From contig CBDHHL010000011.1 of NCBI GenBank assembly GCA_965263355.1, forward strand, positions 32,383-96,382: a stretch of DNA of 64,000 nucleotides. Direction: 5' to 3'. The notes beneath the pieces were generated by a model that was not told where the DNA came from, ran no database searches, and saw only the letters and a program-made list of their open reading frames with translations. The stretch's first letter is position 1. Each line of letters begins with the position of its first letter. Position numbers and translations under genes: made by a program. This document shows, piece after piece, positions 1 to 9,095 of the stretch. The stretch comes from Leptolyngbyaceae cyanobacterium. Its GTDB lineage: Bacteria; Cyanobacteriota; Cyanobacteriia; Phormidesmidales; Phormidesmidaceae.

Positions 1-23
1 ACTCCCAAGAGGACAAACTGGCA

Positions 24-1088
24 ATGCTTTTGCCGGAGATCCCTGGCGGATATGATCCAGCGCTAGTGGGTGGCTATTTCACGGGCACTCAGGTTTTCCA
101 AGGAGGCACGCTTTATACAGCGAATAAAGCGAGTCTTGATCCGCCGGGGCCTTTTGTGGCGGCAGATTGGGACACATTTGTTACTGAGGACGATGGAAAA
201 GAGATCACTCAACAACTGGACGGTGCCATGTTGGGCTATGCCTCTATTGGTTATCTGCAGAACGGGGGAACTTACCCACTGACGACAAATATAAATACAG
301 CCAAAAAAGTTGACGCGATTATCCCTCCAAACAGCGCTGTTACCGTCGACGGAACACTTTACACAAACGCAAGCTTAACTGAATCTCAAGGGCTTAAGCT
401 TTATAACGATGGGACAGGCTGGGTTAGGGAATCAGCAGGCGCTGAAGTCCCATCAAGCAGCCTCAGCTTCCAAGGACTGACATCGTTTTTCCAGTGGACT
501 GGGAATGTGACTTTGGGTACATCGGGGACTGAATCTCCCATCAGCATGGGCAATGGGACAGCGGTTGACCTGTCTCTAGCTACCCATGCCCTTTTTATCT
601 ATAAGGCGTTTCTATCGGCTAACAATCCCTATCTCTTTAGTGACTTGCAGGATCTTACTGCAGACCCCAGTACCCCATATCTATCGTTGGTCTATAACAA
701 CGGTCATATAGACGTGGAGTACGACCGGGCACAAACCGATCTCTCGGTGGGAGATATCATTTTCAGGCGAGGGGGATCTTATCAGGTAGTTTTAGTAAAG
801 GCCGAGTTTTTTACACTGGTTGAGACCGGATTAACAGCCCCTACTACCCATGTAGTCTCTTTGGACCAGGCGGGAAGCGTTAAAACGTTTCTAAACGGTC
901 AGACCTTTGTTAATCTCATGGATATGAAATTTGCCGAAGTAGCGGTGACCCTGGACCCTGGTTTTAGATTAGCGTTAGCGAACCCTAATCCGGCTCCGGG
1001 AGTGACTATACGAGACTATGACTTAGGGATAATCAGCATAGTCACCGCCTCAGATAAAACCATTAGGCTAGAGCAGGAGTCTATTTAA
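24..1088 (+). CDS. Putative virion/tail-associated protein (may be 5'-truncated by the window edge)
   Basis: Thr/Gly/Ser-rich, beta-type composition; frame is open to the window start; stop overlaps the next start (TAATG). Confidence 0.5.
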   Translation: MLLPEIPGGYDPALVGGYFTGTQVFQGGTLYTANKASLDPPGPFVAADWDTFVTEDDGKEITQQLDGAMLGYASIGYLQNGGTYPLTTNINTAKKVDAIIPPNSAVTVDGTLYTNASLTESQGLKLYNDGTGWVRESAGAEVPSSSLSFQGLTSFFQWTGNVTLGTSGTESPISMGNGTAVDLSLATHALFIYKAFLSANNPYLFSDLQDLTADPSTPYLSLVYNNGHIDVEYDRAQTDLSVGDIIFRRGGSYQVVLVKAEFFTLVETGLTAPTTHVVSLDQAGSVKTFLNGQTFVNLMDMKFAEVAVTLDPGFRLALANPNPAPGVTIRDYDLGIISIVTASDKTIRLEQESI

Positions 1089-3082
1089 TGGGCGTTATTC
1101 GCTATCTTCAAGGACTCGCGGAGTATCCTAGCCTCAATGAGTCTGATGTTGCTCAAACCCATGTCTATCATGCATTTGACCAGTCTACAGATTCCGCTAG
1201 AGAGTACAATCTACAATTATTTAACATAGGGGTTAGTGTCTCGGTAACCGCTATACAATTTAATCCAGGAGATTCTAGCGGACTTAAACCGGTTATCTCT
1301 CCCTATGCGATATCGCATATTTATTCTCCAGGAACCTATTATCCGTCTTATGTGATTACGTTATCCGATGGATCTAGCTTCACTCAGCCGTTACCGGTGT
1401 TAGAGATCGAGGCTCGGACTGAGCTTTTCTTATTCGAGACAGCCGGAAGCTTTTCCTTCACTACGCCTACCTATCCCCACACTCATATGTCGATATACGG
1501 GGTAGCCGGAGGCGGAGGTGGAGGAGGTGGCCAGTTTAACACGTTCTCTTTTTCTATTCTTTCAGGGGGCGGAGGTGGCGGGGGTGGCGCTGCTTTTGAG
1601 CTTGTACGTTGGCCCTATGGGACTGATTTAAGGGGCCAAAGTGTTACCGGTTCTGTAGGGTCTGGGGGGAGCGCAGGGTCCGGAGGTGATGGTGGCCCGA
1701 CACCAGGGGGCAGCGGGAGAAGCACTATTATTAATGCCTGGGGTAACTTTCCGAGGATCCTTGCTCGCGGTGGCTCTGGGGGGCAACATGCTAGCCTGAC
1801 AAACCCTCAAGGGGGAGCAGGGGGCCAAGTTACCGAGGGCTTCGCATCACTAGTCACTATTCCCGGTGGTAGGGGAGGCAATGGCGCTCGGGGGATAGCC
1901 AACACTAATAACACTCCTGGCAATGGGGCGTCTTCCGGAGGCACTGCGGGCGGCGGCGGCGGCGCTCATTCATCGGGAAACTTATTTCCGGCTAACGTTG
2001 CAACCGGGGCATCCGGTTCTAATAGTGCTCAGGAGATAACGCAAGATAACCCGAGAGTCTATGGTGATGGTGGCGATGGGGGAAACGCTCGGTTGTTCTT
2101 GAGCGCTCAATCAGGGGCCTTGCGCGGCAGTGGCGGAGGTGGCGGGCCAGGAGCACCAGGCAATACGGGCATATCTCCCAGGGGAGGATCGGGGGCTAGA
2201 GGATATGTCTTTTTTGTTTTTGAGGATCTGAGCCTGAGTGCTCCAGCTACAGCTGATGAAGTTATACTATTTAACACTCCGGGGCCATTCAGTTTCACAG
2301 TGCCGATAAACCTTTATAGCGAATTTAGACTATATGCCTCAGCTCCAGGCGCAGGGGGCGGAGGTGGCGCAGTCAGTGAATATAGTAACGGTAAGTCTGG
2401 TGGTGGCGGAGGTGGGGCAGGAGACAGTCTAGAACTGGTGCAGGCGTTCCCGTTGTCACTGCAAGGGCAAACGATATCCGGGACTATCGGCAATCCGGGA
2501 ATTGGTGGACCGGCAAACATGAATGGTACCTCGGGAGGTCAGGTAGTCATAAACGCTGTAGGGCCGTTTGAGGCTATAACACTCAGGGGCGGCATCGGTG
2601 GCGGTGCTGGCCAGATCTCCACCGTAGATACTGTAGATATTGCCGGGGGTTTAGGTGGACCAGGGGGCAACGGCAGCTCTAGTATTCCTGGCATCGTTTA
2701 TCGTAATGGTTCCCAAGGGGGCAACGGAGCCAGCGCGTTACCTAATGGACAGCTGGGGGCTACCCAGTCTCAAGGGGGCACAAGTAACGGGGGTCCGGGT
2801 TCCGGCAGTGGGGGAGGATCAGCCAGCGGGGGGTCCGGTCCAACGGCGTTTGGTATCCCTGGTGGTGGCGCTGGCAATGGCGTCGTGATCCCTGATAAAG
2901 ATAACCCTAACGCCTTTGGAGCCGGAGGTAAGGGGGGCAACTTTGGAGGCACTACGAATCCGGCTAGTGATGGTTCGGGACCAGGTGCCGGTGGCGGCGG
3001 GGGTACCGGCTCGGATGGCACTGTAGATGCGTCGGGAGGTAACGGTGGGGGAGGATATGTGCTCATTGTCCTAGTGGCTTAA
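1088..3082 (+). CDS. Glycine-rich tail fibre/adhesin-like protein with two tandem Gly-rich domains
   Basis: Two related blocks (LFETAGSFSFTTP..GGGGGGGG..GARGYVFFVFE and LFNTPGPFSFTVP..GAGGGGG..GGGGYVLIVLV), typical of phage Gly-rich receptor-binding proteins. Confidence 0.75.
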   Translation: MGVIRYLQGLAEYPSLNESDVAQTHVYHAFDQSTDSAREYNLQLFNIGVSVSVTAIQFNPGDSSGLKPVISPYAISHIYSPGTYYPSYVITLSDGSSFTQPLPVLEIEARTELFLFETAGSFSFTTPTYPHTHMSIYGVAGGGGGGGGQFNTFSFSILSGGGGGGGGAAFELVRWPYGTDLRGQSVTGSVGSGGSAGSGGDGGPTPGGSGRSTIINAWGNFPRILARGGSGGQHASLTNPQGGAGGQVTEGFASLVTIPGGRGGNGARGIANTNNTPGNGASSGGTAGGGGGAHSSGNLFPANVATGASGSNSAQEITQDNPRVYGDGGDGGNARLFLSAQSGALRGSGGGGGPGAPGNTGISPRGGSGARGYVFFVFEDLSLSAPATADEVILFNTPGPFSFTVPINLYSEFRLYASAPGAGGGGGAVSEYSNGKSGGGGGGAGDSLELVQAFPLSLQGQTISGTIGNPGIGGPANMNGTSGGQVVINAVGPFEAITLRGGIGGGAGQISTVDTVDIAGGLGGPGGNGSSSIPGIVYRNGSQGGNGASALPNGQLGATQSQGGTSNGGPGSGSGGGSASGGSGPTAFGIPGGGAGNGVVIPDKDNPNAFGAGGKGGNFGGTTNPASDGSGPGAGGGGGTGSDGTVDASGGNGGGGYVLIVLVA

Positions 3083-3152
3083 TCTTCTGAAAACCAGGGT
3101 GTGATAATAGAGAGATTATGGATTTATATTGAACTGAAAATGGTTTAATTTG

Positions 3153-3896
3153 ATGCCTGACGCAGCATTAGCAAGAGCTGGATTTGAATTCAATCCTGAT
3201 CCCGTTATCTTTGGGAATTCACAACGCAAAATAGTCCTTGCTAATCCAGCGGCGGCTAGACTTTTTGAGTACGAAAATCCAACGGCAATGGTTGGCTTGA
3301 AAGTCTACAGTTTGGTTCCTGAATCTCTTATATCAGAAAGCGCTCATGACAGAATGTATGACGCGTTTCTACGTGGGCAGAGGACCCGTGATATGGGTTC
3401 TGAAGCTCCGCTATTTGGCAAAACACGAATGGGACGACAGATCCCTATCTGGCTACGACTATTTATTGTCAATCACGAAGGAGAAACCTATGTAGGCGAA
3501 GTCGTTCGAGACCGCACAGAATATTTACGCCAAGAAGAACAAATAAAGGAGCAAGAGCAACAGGAACGAGATTTGATCTTGCAATTGGAGAAATCCAATA
3601 AAGAACTGAAAGCGTCCAACAAGGATATGCAAGTTCAATTGCGCCAGTCTGAGCTACAAGAACTTGTCGTTAAGTGGCTGATCTATGCGGGTGTTTTTTT
3701 CTATCTGACCCCATTTTTATTAAGTATTTTTAGGCGAGTGCCAACGGAACTGATGTCTTTTGGCAGAGACGCTACGATCCTAGTAATCGGGGCACTCGTT
3801 AATGCGACCGGTGCTGCCGTGGGGATTGTATCAAAGGCCAAGGACATGGCTAATGAAAAGCCGATAGATAGCAAAACTCCTAATGCGAAACGATAG
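3153..3896 (+). CDS. PAS-domain protein with coiled coil and two C-terminal TM helices
   Basis: PDPVIFGNSQRKIVLANPAAARLFEY..MVGLKVYSLVP..HD..GKTRMGRQIPIWL..YVGEVVRDRTE is a classic PAS/PAC signature; followed by a Q/E-rich coil and two hydrophobic segments. Confidence 0.85.
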   Translation: MPDAALARAGFEFNPDPVIFGNSQRKIVLANPAAARLFEYENPTAMVGLKVYSLVPESLISESAHDRMYDAFLRGQRTRDMGSEAPLFGKTRMGRQIPIWLRLFIVNHEGETYVGEVVRDRTEYLRQEEQIKEQEQQERDLILQLEKSNKELKASNKDMQVQLRQSELQELVVKWLIYAGVFFYLTPFLLSIFRRVPTELMSFGRDATILVIGALVNATGAAVGIVSKAKDMANEKPIDSKTPNAKR

Positions 3897-4518
3897 AGCA
3901 TTGTTTCCGTTTCTTAGAACACAATTGGGTCGGGCGTTCATAATCGCATCGATTGGACTATTTTTCGGCCTAGTTCTTTTCTGGACAAGTCATACTCAGT
4001 TTAGCGAGGCTTGCTTGCAAATCAAAACGCCTGGTTCTATAGCTCAGGGCATCGCTAGAGGGCTTATTTATCAGCAGAGCATCGAAGATGTTATTACATC
4101 CATGGGAGATCGCTTGAACGCTCAATGGGTAGGGTCATTTTTGTATGATGAGGATCAGCGTAGGCGCTTTAGTTTTGCTATCGCACGGATCGGAGTGCCG
4201 GTATCGGCTACCTACGGGTGGTTAGACATCCAACAAGAAGATATATATTTAGAACAGCTCGATTATCATAAGTTAGGTCAATGCTGGGTCAAGCCTACCA
4301 AGGATCTCCCAGAGGGTCTATTGAGACAGCAGCTAGAACCAAATAATATTCAGCTAACTATCTCCTGTCCTATATTGGCCCAGAATGGGGATATATTTGG
4401 ATATGTAGCCTTTGGCTTTGATAGAGTCATGGCAAACAAAGAAACTGTTGCGGAGTCTATTAGGGCAAGTCCTATCTTTGCGTTTGATGCAAGTAATGCA
4501 GGTTTTTTCGGGAGCTAA
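3883..4518 (+). CDS. Single-TM protein with GAF-like domain (T4 holin T-like architecture)
   Basis: N-terminal TM (AFIIASIGLFFGLVLFW); C-terminal TISCPILAQNGDIFGYVAFGF GAF-like strands; overlaps the PAS gene by 14 nt. Confidence 0.5.
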   Translation: MRNDRALFPFLRTQLGRAFIIASIGLFFGLVLFWTSHTQFSEACLQIKTPGSIAQGIARGLIYQQSIEDVITSMGDRLNAQWVGSFLYDEDQRRRFSFAIARIGVPVSATYGWLDIQQEDIYLEQLDYHKLGQCWVKPTKDLPEGLLRQQLEPNNIQLTISCPILAQNGDIFGYVAFGFDRVMANKETVAESIRASPIFAFDASNAGFFGS

Positions 4519-4521
4519 TCA

Positions 4522-5685
4522 ATGAGATACATCATCGAGACATCAGATCAATTTCAAAGTGCGCTTAAAGTTGTTGAGGCAAGCGATCGTATCCTGCTAA
4601 AGTCTGGCGTTTATCAACATGAAGAATACAACACTTCATGGGAAACACGGACCCGTGGAAATGCTTTTTTTGCTAGTGGGCTAAAAGGAACAGCCGAAGC
4701 ACCAATCAAGATAATGCCGTTTGGGGATGGTCCAGTGACTATAGTCTCTGACACAAATGGTTTAGCAATAAAAAACTCCAATCACGTTTATATCAGTGAT
4801 ATAGAGTTTGCAGGTCATAGCCAAGATCTAGACCTAGACTATGCGTTATCTCTATGGTGGGAAGATGCGCCGATCCAAATAACAGGACGGGGCATCGCAT
4901 TAAACGATTGCTCAAATATCAAAATTCAGGGATGTAAGATCCATCATTTCCCCGGTGGGGGCATTACTAACAAGGATGGACACTCTCATCTGATTAAAGG
5001 CAACGCAATCTATCATAATTGCTGGTATTCAATTTCTGGCAGTCATGGCATTGCCAATAGCCAGCCAAAAGGGCCGCCGGAAACGTTGTATGAAATCTCT
5101 GAGAATCTGGTTTTTGGAAACCAATGCAATGTAATCTCACGAGTATTTTCTAAGGGCTTCGCAACCATGGCCTTAGATGAAGGGAATGGCATTCATTTTC
5201 AAAACGATACGGGCATCTATCGGGGCAATCTACTGATTAAAGACAATCTCAGTATGTTTAATGGCAAATCTGGAGTTGGCCTGAATACTGTTAAGGGGAA
5301 TGACAGCCGAATTAATGCCGTAAAAAACAACACATTTGCTAGCAATGCCCGCACCTGTGATGCAGGCGAGTATACAGAAAAAGATACGACCGCTCAAGTA
5401 GTCCGCAATGTAATGGCTGGGGGACGCCATATAAAGACTATGGGCGATTGCGGCAGCCACTATCAAGGCAATCAATGTCTCGATAGCTTCGCTTCGCTGG
5501 ATGAACTAATTAATGTTGAGACGGGCATAAATCCGATAGTTTATGAAGCGCTGATGAACTTTGATATCAAGATTGCGCCGTGCCCCATATCTGTTGATGC
5601 TGACTTTATTGAGCAACAAGCGAAATCGATAGCGGACAGTCAGCCTGATCATATGGCTCATATTGAGCTAGTTGAGCATCAGTAG
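4522..5685 (+). CDS. Right-handed parallel beta-helix (pectin-lyase-like) protein, possible depolymerase
   Basis: GTAEAPIKI motif and repeated NxxxxN/GI rungs. Confidence 0.75.
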   Translation: MRYIIETSDQFQSALKVVEASDRILLKSGVYQHEEYNTSWETRTRGNAFFASGLKGTAEAPIKIMPFGDGPVTIVSDTNGLAIKNSNHVYISDIEFAGHSQDLDLDYALSLWWEDAPIQITGRGIALNDCSNIKIQGCKIHHFPGGGITNKDGHSHLIKGNAIYHNCWYSISGSHGIANSQPKGPPETLYEISENLVFGNQCNVISRVFSKGFATMALDEGNGIHFQNDTGIYRGNLLIKDNLSMFNGKSGVGLNTVKGNDSRINAVKNNTFASNARTCDAGEYTEKDTTAQVVRNVMAGGRHIKTMGDCGSHYQGNQCLDSFASLDELINVETGINPIVYEALMNFDIKIAPCPISVDADFIEQQAKSIADSQPDHMAHIELVEHQ

Positions 5686-5764
5686 AAATGCTATGATTGG
5701 CAGCAGCTGACAATATTGGAACTATTGGCAGCTGCTTAACCACAATTTAGAGAACAGCTAAACT

Positions 5765-6544
5765 ATGGCTAATATTACTTTATTCCAATTTGAAGAACAT
5801 GGGGTACGTTTCGTTGGTACTCCTATGCAGCCTGAGTGGATTGCAAAAGATGTGTGCAACGTCCTGGGTTTAGCAAATACAAGTCAGGCGATGAGCAGAC
5901 TGCCTGACTTAGAAAAGGGTATATATATTAGTGATACCCTTGGTGGACCCCAAGAGTTGCTGACAATAAAAGAGTCTGGGTTATACAGACTCATGTTTAC
6001 CAGTAGAAAAGATGTGGCCAAAAGGTTCTCATCCTGGGTCACCCAAGAAGTTTTGCCGCAAATCAGAAAAACGGGATCTTATTCTGTCGCAGATTCAAGC
6101 CTGGAAACAGTCCCAGATATTCCTCAAATAAAAGAAGCTGCGTTGATGTACAGAGAGATATACGGCGAAGCGTACGCGCAATCATACGCGGATCAAAAGA
6201 TGCGCAAGTTTTATCCTGCACTTGCTGGCGAGCCAGCTCCAGCCAAAGAACGGTCATCTCTCAAGTCTGCCGAAGCACTTCTCACGCCTACTCAAATCGC
6301 TAAAGAGCTAGGTTTCAAATACAAAACAGGCAATCCCAATCCTCAGGCGGTTAATACCATGCTGGCAACGTTGGGCTATCAAGAAAAGATTGACAACAAA
6401 TGGTCTGCCACCGAGAAAGGTAAACCTTACAGCGATCGCAAGCCAGTCTCAACCAATAGCAGGTCAGATAAAGACCAACTCTTTTGGTATCGCTCAATTC
6501 TGGATGTGCTAAAGAGCGATTCTGAAACATTGGAGGCCGCTTAG
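5765..6544 (+). CDS. BRO-N domain phage antirepressor-like protein
   Basis: PEWIAKDVCNVLGL..ESGLYRLMFTSRKDVAKRFSSWVTQEVLPQIRKTGSY; C-terminal LLTPTQIAKELG. Confidence 0.9.
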   Translation: MANITLFQFEEHGVRFVGTPMQPEWIAKDVCNVLGLANTSQAMSRLPDLEKGIYISDTLGGPQELLTIKESGLYRLMFTSRKDVAKRFSSWVTQEVLPQIRKTGSYSVADSSLETVPDIPQIKEAALMYREIYGEAYAQSYADQKMRKFYPALAGEPAPAKERSSLKSAEALLTPTQIAKELGFKYKTGNPNPQAVNTMLATLGYQEKIDNKWSATEKGKPYSDRKPVSTNSRSDKDQLFWYRSILDVLKSDSETLEAA

Positions 6545-6546
6545 TC

Positions 6547-6891
6547 ATGACCAATTTAGACAGAATACAGCATTTAGTTTTTGAGTTTGACGAATGGTTG
6601 AGTGAAGCTAGCGAGAATGCCATACGCCAAAACTGTCGAGAACAGGGATCGGTTTTCTTCAAATTCATTGAAAATCGTGGCGTTTCTCGCGGGTGGGCAG
6701 CCAAGCTAATCCAAGTTGCAACTGGCTATAACGCTGCTGTTATTTGGCAAATCGCTAGTGTAGATCAAGTTCGCGAAGCATTGAACAGCTACTATCTAAG
6801 CATAAAAGGCATAGAGTACGAGGAGCTTGATTCAGGGAGAGGATTGAACGCACGACAAACCCGCGATATTGTTCGTAAGTTTTGGAATTGA
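6547..6891 (+). CDS. Hypothetical protein
   Basis: 114-aa ORF tightly packed in the operon. Confidence 0.6.
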   Translation: MTNLDRIQHLVFEFDEWLSEASENAIRQNCREQGSVFFKFIENRGVSRGWAAKLIQVATGYNAAVIWQIASVDQVREALNSYYLSIKGIEYEELDSGRGLNARQTRDIVRKFWN

Positions 6892-6894
6892 AAA

Positions 6895-7314
6895 ATGAAC
6901 TTAATCACTAAATTTGATGCTGCTTATAAAGGCGTAAACCAGCCGATGCCAGACCTCGACGCCTATATTTCAGGCGATGAATCAAAACAACAAGCAACAG
7001 ACTTTAGCTCATTTGAATTGCCTGAATCTGTAGCACTAGAAATGCTGAATGCAGAAGAGACTTATTGGGGGCATTACGGCTGGTTTGATGCCTGTATGGA
7101 TGCAATTTATCAGCTAGCCAGTGATGGCGAATATGCCAAAGCACAACAACATGCACAATGGCTTTTTGCCCGTAAACCTCAAGGTCTTGAGAAAATGCCA
7201 GGGTATTCAAAGCTAACTGAATATATCAATGGGATATTCCCTACAGATGAATTCGAAAAACGCAATGCTATGGCACAGATGCTCAAAACACGCATATTCG
7301 AAGAGGAGGAGTAA
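6895..7314 (+). CDS. Hypothetical protein
   Basis: 139-aa ORF tightly packed in the operon. Confidence 0.6.
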   Translation: MNLITKFDAAYKGVNQPMPDLDAYISGDESKQQATDFSSFELPESVALEMLNAEETYWGHYGWFDACMDAIYQLASDGEYAKAQQHAQWLFARKPQGLEKMPGYSKLTEYINGIFPTDEFEKRNAMAQMLKTRIFEEEE

Positions 7315-7319
7315 TTGTC

Positions 7320-7808
7320 ATGAATAAGCCGGATTTAATTGTTTGCATCCCTGACATGGATCGAATCCCTGACGAGCTTTACGATGAAGCTCAAGACATG
7401 ACTTGTGTTTTAGTAGACTACAGCGGCAATTCAAAAATTAAAAACGGACGACGCATGGGGACTGAAAAGAAAATAGACCCTGACAGCGTAGATCCTAGGT
7501 TCCCCGGCGCGCCTACTCATCAACGTTTGGGACCATGGCTAATTGATGATGAGTATGAAGAATATATTCCTGATATTCCTATGGTCAATGATGACTATGT
7601 AGAATATATTCCTGCTATCCCTACTCACGCATACAATGCAGTCTATACGTTTAAGTTTAGCTATGCCCCATTGCCAGATAAAGAGAACCCATGGGTAAAA
7701 ATCGAGCGGACGCAAGACTTAAGCAATCTTCCAAGGCAAGTTTTGCTTGATATGGGCTTATCAGAAGAACAGATTGATTCGGGCGTGTTAGAGCAGTACA
7801 AACTTTAG
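7320..7808 (+). CDS. Hypothetical protein with short internal duplication (DDEYEEYIPDIP/NDDYVEYIPAIP)
   Basis: GAGGAG RBS upstream; 162 aa. Confidence 0.65.
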   Translation: MNKPDLIVCIPDMDRIPDELYDEAQDMTCVLVDYSGNSKIKNGRRMGTEKKIDPDSVDPRFPGAPTHQRLGPWLIDDEYEEYIPDIPMVNDDYVEYIPAIPTHAYNAVYTFKFSYAPLPDKENPWVKIERTQDLSNLPRQVLLDMGLSEEQIDSGVLEQYKL

Positions 7809-7822
7809 AGCTTAGCGGACAT

Positions 7823-7873
7823 AAAACAAAAAACCTCGCTAATCAAGAAAAGGTTAGCGAGGTTTTTTGTTTT
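7823..7873. terminator. Bidirectional intrinsic terminator
   Basis: Perfect 20-bp inverted repeat AAAACAAAAAACCTCGCTAA / TTAGCGAGGTTTTTTGTTTT between convergent genes. Confidence 0.85.
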
Positions 7874-8132
7874 ATGCTGCCTTAACTTTACGTTCAGCGC
7901 GAATTTCTTTTTTATATCGCTTACAAAATGCCCCGTTAAACTTACGAAGAGAGTTAAATGCATTGCCATAAGCGATTTTAGCTTCCTGCCAACCGACCAT
8001 GGCCTTTGTAGATGCAGGTGTTAACCCATTGGCTTCTCTTGGATATTCGTTAAGTTTTTTGCTAGCTGCTTTTACTTGTTCCTCTAGAACGTTTTTAGCG
8101 GCTTTGTCAATGCAATAGTTGCCAGTCAACAT
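7872..8132 (-). CDS. Small phage early protein
   Basis: Directly downstream of the repeated promoter with a purine-rich RBS. Confidence 0.65.
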   Translation of the reverse strand: MLTGNYCIDKAAKNVLEEQVKAASKKLNEYPREANGLTPASTKAMVGWQEAKIAYGNAFNSLRKFNGAFCKRYKKEIRAERKVKAA

Positions 8133-8150
8133 AATCTTTTTCTCTCTCAA

Positions 8151-8211
8151 CTACTCTTCTAATATACCCTCACTCTTTGTCACAATACAACCCCCTGTCA
8201 TTCATCCGTAC
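8151..8211 (-). promoter_or_regulatory. Early promoter cassette, copy 1 of a 61-bp direct repeat
   Basis: Minus strand TTGTAT-N18-TATATT; 58/61 identical to 8904-8964. Confidence 0.75.
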
Positions 8212-8422
8212 GTTTTGCTGCCCTACTTTTCCGCTTTCTAAGCGTTGCTGCTGACGGGTCATCGACTGGGGGCCTACCGCCTACGGTTTTCCCTGGGGTA
8301 TGGCAGCGCTTGCATACGGTGCATTTATACTGCTGTCTGCCTGACTTCAGTACTTTGTTTTTTTGTGTCTTTCCCTGACAGTGTGGGCACTGTGGGTTAA
8401 GCGTTTTTGGTATTGGTGACAT
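8198..8422 (-). CDS. Zinc-ribbon (InsA-N-like) DNA-binding protein with GRPP/basic tail (alternative start 8485)
   Basis: CPHC..SGRQQYKCTVCKR followed by GGRPP..LRKRKSRAAKR. Confidence 0.65.
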   Translation of the reverse strand: MSPIPKTLNPQCPHCQGKTQKNKVLKSGRQQYKCTVCKRCHTPGKTVGGRPPVDDPSAATLRKRKSRAAKRTDE

Positions 8423-8540
8423 GGGGTTTCGCTCAAAGATTGAGCTTATTTTAATATCGTCAATGCTACAAGGGTTTTTTGCCATGGGGTGATGAGTAGG
8501 CGAACGGCAAAAGCCCCATCAGGGGGCTGATGCAAATTGG

Positions 8541-8888
8541 CTATTCATAAGTAGGAAATCTTATTTGAAGAAAATCATTAAAGTCTTCATCAGTAGGCTT
8601 AACCCACAGGTCAAAACAAGAATTATTATCAGCATTTTTAAGCGTCATTTCAGCTATCCTGGCCGCAGATCTTATACTCCAGCCATGCTGAAGATCATCA
8701 AAATCAAGACCTTCTATGATCTCCTCATCATTCTTGATAGAAAGAAAACCATCACAATGAATAACCTCCCAAACCTCAAAGTTAGCCGCATCGATATAGT
8801 ACAAAAAATCACCTACAGACAAAAGATGCCCATTTTTCTCTACCTCACTCATCAATTCTTCTTTCATGCTTGCTGACATTAAATTCAT
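8541..8888 (-). CDS. Small acidic phage early protein
   Basis: 115 aa, acidic, directly downstream of promoter copy 2. Confidence 0.65.
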   Translation of the reverse strand: MNLMSASMKEELMSEVEKNGHLLSVGDFLYYIDAANFEVWEVIHCDGFLSIKNDEEIIEGLDFDDLQHGWSIRSAARIAEMTLKNADNNSCFDLWVKPTDEDFNDFLQIRFPTYE

Positions 8889-8903
8889 TTTTTCTCTCGC
8901 TTG

Positions 8904-8964
8904 CTACCCTTCTAATATACCCTCACCCTTTGTCACAATACAACCCCCTGTCATTTATCCGTAC
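8904..8964 (-). promoter_or_regulatory. Early promoter cassette, copy 2 of the 61-bp direct repeat
   Basis: 58/61 identical to 8151-8211. Confidence 0.75.
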
Positions 8965-9095
8965 ATTGGGCATGACTACCTGGAAAATTTTTTGTTAGTA
9001 ATTTCTTTTGCCAAAAATGACCGCAACTGAAAACCTTGGTCTATTGCTGTCAGCATTGGAAGCTTGATACAATGCTGTCAGCACCCTAACAGTCC

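Noticed and set aside
1628..3066. Pro-rich minus-strand ORFs
   Set aside because: Antisense shadows of the Gly codons in the 1088-3082 gene
8198..8485. IS1 transposase (InsA-like zinc ribbon)
   Set aside because: No InsB/DDE frame or terminal inverted repeats; the basic GRPP tail fits a small regulator
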